From the human T2T-CHM13v2.0 reference genome, Homo sapiens, in the NCBI RefSeq assembly GCF_009914755.1, contig NC_060933.1: 64,000 bases of DNA, one strand, 5' to 3'. Made by a program: the position numbers and the translations under genes. Shown here one piece after another: positions 46,125 through 59,938 of this stretch. Under the pieces are notes generated by a model. The model was not told the origin of the DNA, searched no databases, and saw nothing but the letters and a program-made list of their open reading frames with translations. Each line of letters begins with the position of its first letter. Position 1 is the first letter of the stretch.

Positions 46125-46860
46125 AAGACGGGGTGGCCGGGCCTCAAAGCAGGCCCATCATTTTATCCGTCCCCTTCCCAACAGGCCAGTGAAGGATTTG
46201 GCAGGAAGCAAACAGGTGGCTTCATGTCTCAGCGTCGGTTTTCCAAAGCGGCCTCCATGGGCCGAGACACATGCCCTGCACCGGTGTGAGAGTGTATCCC
46301 GGACCCCCGCGCACCCCCGGGCTCCCGCGCACCACAAGGCCCCCAAGCAAATCCTGGCCCCCATTGCAGCTCCCAGGTCCCCGCGCACCCCCGTTCCGGC
46401 CCCCGTGCACCGTGCGCGCCCATGGCGGGGCTCCGGAGCCTCCTGCGCTGCCTGCCAGGCAGCGTGCACAGCAGAGGCCAAACAGGCAGCCAGCACCTCC
46501 TGCCTCATTTAAGTGGTAATTTCCTTTGGGGGTTTCATTCAAGTGCAGCCCTGGGAAAATCGCGGCGAAGAGCTTTCCGAGAGGAAACGTTCCCTACGCT
46601 TCCCGGAGAGTTGTAAAGCTCGGGAACTTTCTCTTTTGCTGGTCGCCAGCCTCTACAGAGTAACGAACCGAGCGGGGCGTGGCGGGGAGGGCAAGCGTGG
46701 CGAGTCCGTTTCTGTCTTCTCCTCCAGGGAAAGGAGGAGCGGTGAGTGGTGGAAGAGAAAGATTTTAAATTGGAGTTTTGGAGGCGGGAGAGCTGGCAGG
46801 GGTCTCATGGCCTTGAGATATGGGCGTCTTGGCGCCTCTGGAACTTTGTTTTCCTCGTGG
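46125..46860. promoter_or_regulatory. CpG island / candidate promoter
   Basis: Dense CpG in unique GC-rich DNA (ccccgcgcacccccgggctcccgcgc, cgtgcgcgcc, aatcgcggcg); SP/KLF boxes GGGGCGTGGC and GGCGGGG at 46674-46687; donor GCG|GTGAGT at 46741/46742. Confidence 0.8.
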
Positions 46861-46899
46861 GAAAGGAGGAATCGATTTCTTTCTGTGGGGGCCCACTAC

Positions 46900-46950
46900 C
46901 ACTTATTTTTATTTTATTTATTTATTTTATTTTATTTTATTTTATATTTT
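46900..46950. repeat. (TTTTA)n simple repeat
   Basis: Direct reading. Confidence 0.85.
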
Positions 46951-48149
46951 GGTGCTGTTGTTGGTTCTCCCTTTAGTCACGGGGCAGGATGGGTGGAAAA
47001 TATTTCTCAATATTGTGCCTGCGTTTGCATCACTTGGGTTGCTTGTGAAAAATAGATCCCCCAGCTTCCAGCCTGACCTACTATATTGGAAATCGGGATT
47101 GGGGGGTGGGGTGTGTGTGTTAAAGACAGGGGGGTTCTAGCATAAAAATGTATATTTTTTAACAACTTTGCTGGATGATTGTTAAGCATACTAAAGTTTA
47201 TGAGCCTCTGGTAGGCACAAAGTCCTTGCTGCTGAAGAGGATCTGAAAGAACTGAAACCAAAAAACAAAACAAATAAACAAACAAAACAAAAAAAACCCA
47301 GCACTTAAGAGCAGCAGGGTTGAAAGGGAGTGGGTAGATAATATAAACTAATGTCTTATTTGAGAAAAATAAACAAAACAAAGCTGCCACCTGATTCCTC
47401 ATTCAATCACCACCCTACTCATTCACCTGTCCTGGGGTGCAAGCTGAGTGGCTGCCTGATTAGCAGCCCTTGTGTGTGTCCTCAGGACGAGGCTTCTTGT
47501 CTGTCCAAAGCGTGGCTGGTGCTGAATGGCATAGGAGGGTAGGTTCCTTGGCTGCCACTGACGTTGCCTTTACCAGAGCTGTCAGGAATGCTCTTCTGCC
47601 AGGTCCCCCACGTGTCTGATGTGTGTCCTAGTGTGAGGAACTCATAGGGAAGGGAACCACCAAGTTAAAACATGGTGAGGTGTTCACTGAGATAGACCTG
47701 TAAACCTCATCCCACTGACTGAAGTCAACCCAATCCATTACCCTGAGCCCTCGAAGCAATCTCCACATGAGAAGCAACAGGAGACGAGGAGAAAAAGCTT
47801 CTCTAAAGGAAAGAAGGAAGATTTAATAAGTGCCTTAAAATATTTAGGAAGGACAAATTTTGAAACTTAAGGCTTTAATCACAAAGAGTTTTGAAAGAAA
47901 TTCACTTGAGTATGAGGGTACATGTCTGCAACTTGTTCAAGCATCAGCTTAAGCTCAAATGTTAAATTTAACCATAAACGAGGCTGCCACCATAATAAAC
48001 CTTAGAGCCCACCGTGATACCAGAGGCCTACTTAGCCTGTATTACCATCCTTTATATTTTTCGGGACTCCTTAACTATTTACTTTCGTATTCATCATGAA
48101 GACTTGCTGACCTCATTCTTCTTGAATTTGTGTTGTTAGTTATCTTCGA

Positions 48150-48441
48150 TTTATTACTATTATTATTATTTGAGACACAGTCTCCTTCTGTTCCCAGGCT
48201 GGAGTAGGGTGACATGATCAGGGCTCACTGCAGCCTTGACCTCCCAGGCTCAAGCCATCCTCCTTCTTCAGCCTCCAGAGTAGCTGTGACTACAAGTGTA
48301 CACCACCATGCTTGGCTAATTTTTGTATTTTTTGCAGAAACGAGGATTCATCATGTTGCCCAGGCTGTTCTCAAACTCGCGTGCTCAAGCGATCCACCTG
48401 CCTCAGCCTCCCAAAGTGCTAGGATTACAGGCGCTCAGCCT
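48150..48441 (-). mobile_element. AluJ
   Basis: gctcactgcagccttgacctcccaggctcaagccatcctcc; ctcaagcgatccacctgcc. Confidence 0.9.
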
Positions 48442-51104
48442 CTTCACTTTGTAAAATGAGACAACTTACAATAGTACAAACAATTAGAAAGCTGGAGTGG
48501 GAGCCTCTGATTAACAGGTTTATATATTATTTAAAGTTGCAATGGTATGAACTGTAGAAGAACTAAAAGTAATAATGCAAATATAAAACATTTGGAGGTG
48601 GAGGAGGAAACTTACATTAAATGAGCTAAATCCTCCCCTTTTCATATTAAGGTGTCTAGAGATATTATCTCAAGATGATAAATGGGGAAAAAGAGGTTAA
48701 GCCTCTTATCTAGATTTATGGAGGTAATTGCTAAAAGAACCAAAAACAAACAGTTAAAAGAGGTTGAATCTGGGGAGTGGGATGGGGTGGAGGCAGAGAG
48801 CAGAGAGGTAGAGGCTGCTGCTTTTCAGACCTTAAATTCTTCTGTCCTCACTCATATGTTCCCACACATATGTATTACTTTAGTGGATTTTTTTTAAGCA
48901 AAAACCAAAAAGTCAGGAGAAAGGAAAATATGGTAGGAACATAAAATTGAGTCAAGAATTAGGCCTAAAAACACATACCGCATTGATTCACACATTTGCT
49001 GCAGCTGGGCCACACATTTGGCTCTGAGCTGTGCCAGAGCAATTATAGAGGGACCCCTGGTCAGTCCATGTATAATATCCACAAGATGAAAACAGACCAA
49101 CTGGGAGAATTTTGGCTGCTCCTTGCTATTAAAATATCAGAATGAAATTTCTTCCAGGGGTCTTCCTAAAGAAGGCATGGAGAGATGATTAACATCCTCA
49201 ACAATGTCTTTGAAATGTACAGAATAATGGTTTTCACGTTTTGTTTTTTCCCTTAGAATTCTCAACCCAGATTGCTGGTGTCACACTCAAGTGCAACTTA
49301 GATAAATAATTCCATGAGAACTCAGCTCCTTGCTTGATATAGGGATAGATTTTGGAATATCTTGAAAGATACATGCAGTTTTGTACTAGCAGAATTGTTA
49401 CTTTTAACTTTAAAAATTTCAAATAGAATTTCTCTCAACTGAGCTATTGAAAATTATCAGCTGAAAATGAGTTTAAAACTATACTTTCTAATGAACACCC
49501 GGATTACAGCTAATCAATGTTGTCTGTTGAAATATATCTATGTATCCTAATAATTGAGAGACAGATATTTTGTTTATGATATTTGTGTCTATGCAAACGA
49601 AGTGCTATTATGAACACAACTATATTTACATATACACATTTCCTGTGCTTCTCTCTGGATAGCAAAGCTGTGTTCTAATGCTGTCTTCAGGATGTATATG
49701 GTTGGGGACAGCCTTATAGGTGAAATGTTGTATTTCTGGTACTTCAGCAATTAGATAATATTGCACAGAAAGTCAAATATAACTTTTACACTAACAATTG
49801 TGGTTTGCTTATTACAAAAGCAATATGTTTATTAAAAATGAAAATACATGAAAAGAAGAAAACAGAACAGTATAAAAACAGTACAGAATAGAAATAACAA
49901 TATTGCATTTATTAATAGCATTAACTATTAGTGAGTCTTTTCTATACTGTATAGATTAAAAATGAAATAATATTTTATAGTACTCTTATAGACTGTGATT
50001 TCCTTTAATACCAGTGTCTGTCTTCCCATACCATTAGATATTCTTGCAGAAAATCTTTTTAAAAGTCTGTATAACCCATCATTTTGGTGTATATTTAGGT
50101 TATCTAGCCAGTTGCCCACTGTTGGACATTCATTTCAAAAAACATGATATAGAAACTCAATATTAAAGGTTGAATTGATAGGTTCTTTAATATACTATTT
50201 CCCAAAAGAAAAGTCTGAGAAAACTGAAAGATATTCTAAACTGGATAGACATTTTTTACAGCCCCATTTAACTTACATGGACAATAGTTTTAACTACCAT
50301 TTGTCTTCCCAATACTGTGACACTTCCTTTCAGTTTGAAAGAGAAATTTCATGGTGATTAATAGAGGTATGGTTTATTAAAATGTTTAAATTAAAAAGTT
50401 GACTATGGACTCTGGAATAGTCTCCTTCTGCTTCACATTTCTAATGTTATTAGTTAGGTAAGACACTAACACTCACCTAGACCTATAAGTCTCCAGGTCT
50501 CTTTTCCTATTTTAACACTTCAATGACTAGGAAATATGACTTCCTCTGTTGTTAACCCTCTAGTGATTCTTTAATTGCTCCATGGATCCTTGGTGTTTTG
50601 TAAACTGAGATGACTGAGATGTTTTATTGCTACAATTTAATAATGTATATATTTTCCAAGTTTCCAGAAAAAAAGTTGCTAGATAGAATTTTCTCATTTT
50701 AACATTTTGCTCCGCACATTTTACTTAAAACTTTGGCATCCGCTACAGCTTGTCTTTTTGAGACTATGTACAAAACAAAACAAACAAACAAACAAAAAAC
50801 AAAGAAATCAACAAAACCCAAAACTAAAAATATCTTACAAATAGGCAATAAACAAATGGTAATGGAGAATGGAAAAACTCATAAGGTATCTGTTGTTTAG
50901 TCCCACTAACTTTATTTTCATGTCCGTAACTATTATGGCAGATCACACAGATAAATATGTAGGTGATATCTGTCTTCTTCTAGTAGTCTTGTTTCTGGAG
51001 TCTAGTGTACATAACAGAATGGAGGATATAAGCATATCCTGGTGTTCTGGAATGAGTATAGTGCCACCTAGGTGTTTGGCCCTCTAAACCTGAGAACAAA
51101 GCAG

Positions 51105-51680
51105 TTAGGTTTTGAGAAATGTGTCCTTAGGTGATTTCATCATTGTGTGAACATCATGGAGTATACTTATACAAACCTAGATGGTATAGCTACTTACACG
51201 CCTAGGCTATATGGTATATAGCCTATTGCTCCTAGGCTATGAATCTGTACAGCATGTTACTGTAGGAATACTGTAGGCAATTGTAACACAATGATGAGTA
51301 TTTGGATTCTAAACATATTTAAACATAGAAAAGGTACAGTAGAAATATGGCAGAGAAGATTAAAAAATGGCACAGCTGTACAGGGCGCTTACCACGCCTG
51401 GAGCTTGCAGGACTGGAAGGTGCTCTGGGTGAGTCAGTGAGTGAGTAGTGAGTGAATGTGAAGGCCTAGGACATTACTGTAAACAACGGTAGACTTTATA
51501 AATACTGTCAACTTAGGCTACACTAAATTTGTAAAAAATAAAGTAATTGCACTATGACATTTCCACAGCTATACTATCACTAGGGGATGGGAATTTTTCA
51601 GCTTCGTTATAATCTTAGGGGCCCACTGTCCTACAAGTGGTCTGTTGTTGACCAAAATGTCATCATGCAGCACGTGACTA
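51105..51680. mobile_element. Tigger3c-like element, opposite orientation to the 41.3 kb copy; one TIR missing
   Basis: ggagcttgcaggactggaag...gtgaatgtgaaggcctaggacattactgta; ends gtcatcatgcagcacgtgacta. Confidence 0.85.
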
Positions 51681-53433
51681 TAATGCTGTAGGTAGAAATA
51701 AACTGCCAGCCCCTAGTGAATTACGGCTATGCTAAAATCATGACTTCTGCCAAATCCCTTCTCCAGAAATCCCTGGCACACTCAGATAAAATGCTCCAAC
51801 TCACACAGTGTGTTTTGCAGTAGCACATGCTTCCAAGTTTTTCTCCACCCCAGGCTTTAACAATAGCACTTCAACTGATTGAACACTTCTCTGTACCAGC
51901 TATCTCACTTCTCACGACACCCTTGGGGGTTTGAGGGGATGCTCCCATTCCCATCGCACCCATGGGGAAGTGAAAGTGCAGAGTAAAAAACTCATCAAAG
52001 GCTGCAAAGCTGTAAGTGGCACCTCTTGCATTGTTTTCCTTTAGGGTTTTTCTCTGGGACACTCCCAGCTCCTGTCTGAACATAGTAGTTAAGAGGCATC
52101 TGGTAGCTCTTGAATATGGGATTGTGGAACTAATAATCCAAACAGGGGAACAGAAGAGGCTTTTGCCAACTGTTCCATATAAGCCTTGCCACATGACTTT
52201 TGTACAGAATAGTCAGGGGGTACTTTTATAAACAAGGCTAGGTGAACATTTGAAGCCTTACTGTACTTCATACATTGGCCTAGAGGTGGGCTCCCTTCCT
52301 AGCACCTATTTACTCTGTGACCTTAGGTAAATTGTATGTTCTTATTGAGTGTCAACTTCCTCGTGTAGAATTTTAGGGGTTGGACTACATGAGTGCTCAT
52401 GTCTCTCCCAAATTCAACCTTTTCTGACACTGTAACCCTCACCCCTACCCCCAACCCCAAAAGGCTTGTGGAATCTGTTTTCCTACTGTGCTTTCCACAC
52501 GTGTCTCTGTGGGCTTACTATGTCAGTGAGTTTATAGATTCAGCTCTGAGGATTGCTGACAAAGGGCCATTTGTTGCACTCACACTCAAGGTGAGAAGTT
52601 ACAAAAAGGTGATTTTATATGGGATGGGCTTCTGGCCTACAATGCCTGCTCCCAAGGGTGCCCTCTCAATGCACAGTTCAAAGCACTGCTGAATGCACAT
52701 GCTGATTTCAGTGTGGCTTTTTGTAAAGCCAAACGCCACTGACAACAAAATGGGAAAGGCTCTCTCATTTTTATTGTATTCCTGGCCATTCCAAGAGTCA
52801 TTTCCTTTCCTTTCAGGGAGATAAAGAGACATATATTATGTGGGCAGAAGATGCTGTGTTCTGGTCAATAACGCAGGCCACAGAGGTCAATGGCTTTAAG
52901 CCAAGCCTGGCTGAAAGCTGCCATAAATCTTCAAAGGTTGGGGGAGGAAGATTTAGAGACTGATGTACACTGGCTGAGAGGAGGAAAGACACTGGTCATA
53001 AATGGCCCTCTAAAAAAGAACAGAGTATCAGTCCCATAAAATTCTACAACAGTCTATATGGGGTCCCTGGAATGGGGAGAATTTTGCCCACCCAAGTTTT
53101 ACTATGGAGTAGAGACAAATAAAAAAAATCTGAAAATAAATCTCCAAGGCCAACCCATCCCTTGAGACTGAAACTTGAAGCCTTCTTCTCTGATTTTCCA
53201 ATTCATCAGCATGTTTAGTGTTGATGAGCTGACTCCAAGCTTGATGACACAACCCTTTATGGAGTTCCATTTTGTCTGGTCTTAACTTTTTTCTCTGTCT
53301 TTCTCAAAGCCTACTTTAGTAATTGAGTTAATATAAAAACATCACATATTCAAACTCCACCTCCACCCACTACCAAAAAGCACCTGCTTTTGAAAGCCAC
53401 CAGATTTATTTACCAGTTTTTGTAGAGGACTGG

Positions 53434-53435
<2 letters not shown>

Positions 53436-53504
<69 letters not shown>
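53436..53504. repeat. Compound (TG)n(AG)n microsatellite
   Basis: Direct reading. Confidence 0.95.
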
Positions 53505-53506
<2 letters not shown>

Positions 53507-55879
53507 GTAGAAACGAGGGTGGCTTTACCTCTTCTAAACACATGTGGGCTAAAATGCCCATCAATGTAGTATTTGTAATTCCACATTTACTAGAAGCACA
53601 TGACAAATAACTTTTTAATAAAATTACTAGAGATATTGTAAATAACACGATACTGGATTATTAGATGAATGTGTCTGCCAGACCGTTCTGTTTCCATTCC
53701 ATTAAATGCATGATAAACACAAGAAAATACTATAAGGAATCAGTACTAGGAAGTTTAATCCCACAAGGGATACTTTGTGGCCTGTGTATGTGCATGTATA
53801 CATATGCATATTTATGTATACAATAAGGATTTCCCTCAAAAGATAAAATATGAAAATGTAGGGATTTTAGACAATGAATAATTACTTTAGGGACTTAAAA
53901 AATCTTACATTATGTTTTATTTACTACTCTGACTCTTCACTTTGGTTGGCATTTTGCAAGCCTTCACATAGCCCTGAATAATTTTCCAAGCCTTATGCAT
54001 ATTTTATCTCATTTTGTCAACCCTCTGAGAAACTGAAACTCAGTAAGAGTAAATATCTTGTTTAGTAATTTTCAACAGCAGAGCTGGGGAAGAAATAATT
54101 CTAAACCCTGAGAATGCATTTATAAGTGACTGCATCCATGCTAAACACGTTGTGAACATTAACTTATGATTCTCCCAATAAGTCTCAAAGATTCAAGCAC
54201 TAAAGATTCAAGTACTATTATCATTGCCATTTTACAGATGAGGAAACTGAAGTTTAGAGAGGGTGAATAACTTGTCCAAGGTCACATGGAGAGTCAGTGT
54301 CTGATTCAGGACTTATGTCCAGGTGATATCGAGGTCACATTTCCTCTAGGATGAATTTGAAAGGAAACTTCATTTCAAGTCACAATCCAGGTGGTGGGTA
54401 CATTTATACTAACTGCAGAAGAATATGGGAATTTCTTAGGGAAAGAAAAAGACAGCTTAACATGGTGAAACAGCGCATCGCATTCTTAATTTAACCTAGC
54501 GAACACAATTGCCATCTCAGATGAGTATTTAGCAGCAAGAAGATATTTATAATCAGATCTTCAAAAGTATCCTAAGGCCACCATTTATGTCTACGTGGCA
54601 CTGTGCCCAGGAAGATGTCATGTGCCTCACAAAGTCCCTACTTACTCTAGAAGAATTTAGTGTAAGAGAAAGTAAAGCACATTTTGCTGCCATAATGAAG
54701 GCAGGGAAGTCGTGGATGTTTATTGTGTAGCCTACAGGCGCCGATGAGCCAACAAAGACTTGAAGTTGTAAACAAAATTCACTATCTCCTCCACTGGTTA
54801 GATCCAAAGAATGACCCCGAATGAACATTCTAGAGAAACCTAGAAATCTCTATCAGGGAGTGAAGTGATTAGAGCAAGAAATAGATCCTTTCAGAAGCTG
54901 AAGAAATTATTGTTGATCTGCATGAGGGTCTTAGAATATTAAAAAATAAGTGCTTAAATGCAATATTAACAATTTTGGTATATTTTAAATGATGACATTT
55001 ACCTGATAATGCTTTTAATGCATACCTCTAAGTGCAGTGCCCTACAAATGTGCTACTCAGAGAATAATTACAGGACATATAAAAATATTAATTTATAATA
55101 TTCCATTGGGGGAATACTCCATTAATGGGACACTCATTTAAAGTTGTATGATGAATGACTTTTTTTCACTGTATTAAAAAGAACAATTAAACCTGGGCTT
55201 TCATGTACTCACCCCTAATTACTTTCTACCCTGGAATAATTTTATTCCACTATTCTACTATTCTAGCTATCTTTCATAACCTGCTCCCTGGAGGGAAGTT
55301 GGAAGAGGAAGAACTATTTATTTTCATTATATTTCTTAGGTCCCTTTTCATTAGTTCTCTTTTTACTATAATTCAAGGCTTTTTAAAATTGTTTTACAGT
55401 ATATATACTGCTTTTGAGCCCTGCAACTGCCCAAAATGCACTATTAGTTGCTAGCAAGAATCATACTAAAAGAAAACTCAAGAGTGCATTTGTGTCTCTT
55501 CTCTAAAATAATTAGGAGAGCACTTTGCAGCTAATGTTCTGCTAATCTATCTGTATTTCTGACCCAAGACACAGAATGGTATTATTTTCAACATTCTAAG
55601 TTTCATCAGTGTCTCAAATAAGAAAGATGCTACCTTTTATTTTTAAAAAGTTAAAGCTATTTAGCCTTTTCTCTTCACTAATACTTGAAAGCTACTCCAA
55701 CTTATCTCTTCATTCATTCATCAAAAATGTGGTTAATATTCTACTCAATGTAAGACACTGAGTTAGAAGTTGGGAATAGAAAAATGATTTTTAAAATATC
55801 CCTGCTCTCAAGGAGCATAATTTGAACACCACATTTTTCTACCAATTTAAACATTAGATGATTCAAAGGAGGAATATAA

Positions 55880-56346
55880 GCAAATTAATGCAAGAACAGA
55901 AAACCAAATACTGTATGTTCTCACTTATAAGTGGAAGCTAAACATTGGGTAATCATGGACATAAAGATGGCAACAACAGATGCTGAGGACTACTAGGCAG
56001 GGGAGGGAGGGGAGGAATGGTTGAAAAACTAACGTTTGGGTACAATGCTCAGCACCTAGGTCCAACTCAACTTTAAAAAGCAAAGGTAAGTGAAAGACCT
56101 TCTTTAAGTAATCAAAGCAGCTCAAATTTTTCCAGCAAAAAGTCTTAGTAGAAACAGTCTCAAAAACGGCAAAATCAAAGTTTAAAAGCCACTTACAATG
56201 TCAGCAAATGATTCAGAAGAATTCTGAGAGGTAGTATCAATTTATAGCCCAAACCTCAACATCATGCAATATACCCAGGTAACAAACCTGCACATATACC
56301 CCCTGAATCTAGAATAAAAGTAGTAGTAAAAAAAAAAAAAAAAAAG
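55880..56346 (+). mobile_element. L1PA15/16-type 3' end interrupted by ~170 bp of non-L1 DNA
   Basis: atgttctcacttataagtgg...gctcagcacctaggt (to ~56061), resuming at cccaaacctcaacatcatgcaatatacccaggtaacaaacctgcac...poly(A). Confidence 0.85.
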
Positions 56347-59232
56347 GAAGGATGCAGGATGTGAAAAGAAATGAATTTGACTTATCAAAACAAGTACAAC
56401 TAAGAAATAATGGTTTAATATAGGTTTGAAAGAAATTTTAGTTAATAATAGGATCCTCTTCTCATTGTCAGGAAGGTATTTCAAGACGTAAACGCCATTT
56501 TCCACCAGTCTTACCCCTTTGCAACATCCCATATGGGACGGTGCCTTTCTGAAGCTTCAGTATCCCTTTGTTTCTATTAAACCATGAGGCATGATGTTCA
56601 TTCCAGTATAATGCGCATGCAGGTGCCAAGAGGCTGGAGGTGAATTGGAACTTAGAAGCCTTTTGTCACTTAGATTTGTCTTCGTTAATCTGTTCATGAT
56701 GTGTGTTTGTGTGAGACTGTATTTATTTGATAGTTACAGGAAAAAAAGGACCATTCTAAATTGCTGGACTTAAAAGAGTCAGATTTCTATTTGAAGAAAA
56801 AGGTGCCTAACTTCTGTTTGATTCACCCTGTATGTATCTTATCAGTAATCTCTCTCTAATTTGGATGAACTGGTCTTCACACATCTCTTTTGTGCATACA
56901 GAGTGGTCTTGATCAGTCACATCATACACATCTCATCTGCTTTTCTTTGAATTAAAGAATCCGGACAGCAAAATCAGAACACTAGCATGGTCACCACAGC
57001 ATTGAGGTGTCCTATACGAGCATAAAAGACATTAAAATCCAGACTCGGCTGGGACAATTTTATTTGTGATTTTCCTGAATCAGGGACAAGATGCCTTTGT
57101 TTTATAAAGAAAATATGAGCAGGACCAGGCTCTTCTAGCACAAAAGCAGGTGGAGGAATATACACTCCCTCCTTAGCAGGGAAGGGGAGGGGAAAAGGAA
57201 GGAGGGAGGGAGGGGAGAGAGAGAACATAAAAGATTGAGCAGGGAAGGGCACAGCACGCCTGTGGAAATGGACTCCTTTCGTGTAAAAACAATTACCCAG
57301 TTCCTGCAGCTGTTCACTAGACTTAATGCCCCAATGCATTTTGCATTTATCTTTCCTTTCCCCTTTTCCATGTTCATTAATTTCCACAGTTGAAACCAGA
57401 AGTGAAAAGGGGTAATTCTCCCTTTGCTATTCAGGGTAGACCACAGCAATTACCTTTGCTTGTGGCATGCTTAGTAAATGCCAGACACTAAGTACCTTAC
57501 TATATCATCACATGGAATCCTCACGATACTCCTTTGAATTAGGAGTGACCACCCCTAATTTACAGATGAAGAATTGGAGACTCAAGGATCTCACAGCAAG
57601 AGGCAGAGCCAAGATCTCCCCAAAGCCCACACTTTGAGTTCCCAATTCTCAACTAGCTGCTGATAATTAAAATGGAGGTTTCTTCCCATTACAGTGTGAA
57701 TAAACTGGTTTTATCCATATATCCCTCAGGGACTTGGGCACCAAGGAAACTCCATCTTTTCCAAAGGAGGCTGCCAAGTTCCTATTCCACATCAGCTGTA
57801 GCTTTAGAAGTAGACTGGCAGTTTAGGGATTGTCTGTGGTCTGGGAATCATCTCAAATACAGTAGAGAAGATTGTCACCCAAGGTCCCAATCAGTTTCAA
57901 AAGTAAAACTGCTAGGACTTTAGAAATGTTCAAGTTTATTGTGGTCAATGGCAAAAACTGGTAAAATTTCTTTGCTCGCTACTCCCTGCCCCTTTTTAAC
58001 CCTCATTGAATGGTTCATAATTGGCCATGAGCAAAGGCGGCCATCCCTATCACTAAGTCCATCCCCCAGCTCACCCCCAAGGACTGCTGGTAAGTAAAAC
58101 TGCTCAATAGTTAAGTGGAGCCCTAATTAATGAGTCTGATTCCTGCCTGACACGGGCACATTTTTAACCTGGTAAACTCATTAAACCTCTGGTCTTCATT
58201 TAGCCATGGGTGACCAGAGTATCATAATTTCAACTAAGTGTGCTCAGTGACTTAATGGGCCTTGAGTTTCCCACATTCCCATAGTGTCCCATCTGAGGAG
58301 CTCAATCAGTATCATTAGAAGTTTATTTAGTGCAAGGAGAGATCTCTGATCTGTCCTGAATTCAACTGAAGGCTTTAAAGACGAATGAAAGCAAACCGCT
58401 GGCTCCACAATTTCAAACGACCCATTTTGCCTTAACCGTAAATCAGCTAAGGAGTCTGAAATGCAGACAGTTTCCAGACAGACCAGGTCATCTCCTGAGT
58501 TAATGAGACAACCCGTGCTTAAGCACAGTGCCTGCCTATACCAGCAGATGCCAGCACTTCCTCTTCTCAGATAAGAAAGGGCCCAGGGATTTGGTCCCCA
58601 CTCCACACATTCTGAGATTTTTAAAATAAAGGCAGATTAAAAGAAAGAAAACAACACACACACAAAACACAAAGATTGTTCTCTATCTGCTTTCATTCTC
58701 AGTTTCTGCCCAGTTAATCACATCAAAGAGAATTCTCAGAAAGAGCTGTTTTCTCATTGCTGTTACTGCTATGTTTGTGTGAATGTGTGGATGTCTAATA
58801 AATAGCTTTCTTCTAATGTAAAAAAAATTCAAAACTCAAACAAGCCAGGGCTAGTTTGGTTTCTAGGTTGTCATAAAACCCCTGTCAATAGCAAGCTCCC
58901 AGTAAGTGTTTTATAACAGTGACAGCTTTGCAAATACTGTAACATAAGTAACTTGGACTGGGTCAATACATGGCAGGGAAATCAGACTGTGAGATGGTCG
59001 AGCTGTTCATTTTGGCTGTCTTTACAATCAATCAGCCAGACCAACTGAGCCTGCAGTGATACTCACTGATTATTGAGAAAGCTAAAACAAATGGATTGGC
59101 TGTGCTGTCTGCCAAGGCCCATTCAATAGCTACAACCTCTGTCTGGATACAGACAGGTGCCATCTTTTGAAAGCCAAAATTATTAGAAACAACTCTCAGG
59201 TTTATCCAAAAGTAGGCTGCACTGTGGCTGCC

Positions 59233-59385
59233 GGAAGGAAGGAAGGAAGGAAAGAAGGAAGGAAGGAAGGAAGAAGAAAGAAGGGAAGGAAGGAAGGAGG
59301 AAGGAAGGAAGGAAAGAAAGAAGGAAGGAAGGGAAAGAAAGAAAGGCAGGAAGGCAGGAAGGAAGGAAAGAAAAAAAGAAAAGAA
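59233..59385. repeat. (GGAA)n polypurine repeat
   Basis: Direct reading; explains the GRKE ORF. Confidence 0.95.
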
Positions 59386-59393
59386 ATTAGTTC

Positions 59394-59938
<545 letters not shown>

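Noticed and set aside
46069-47140. Several overlapping 100-180 aa ORFs on both strands
   Set aside because: Expected from stop-codon depletion in a CpG island; the hydrophobic stretch derives from a (TTTTA)n repeat.
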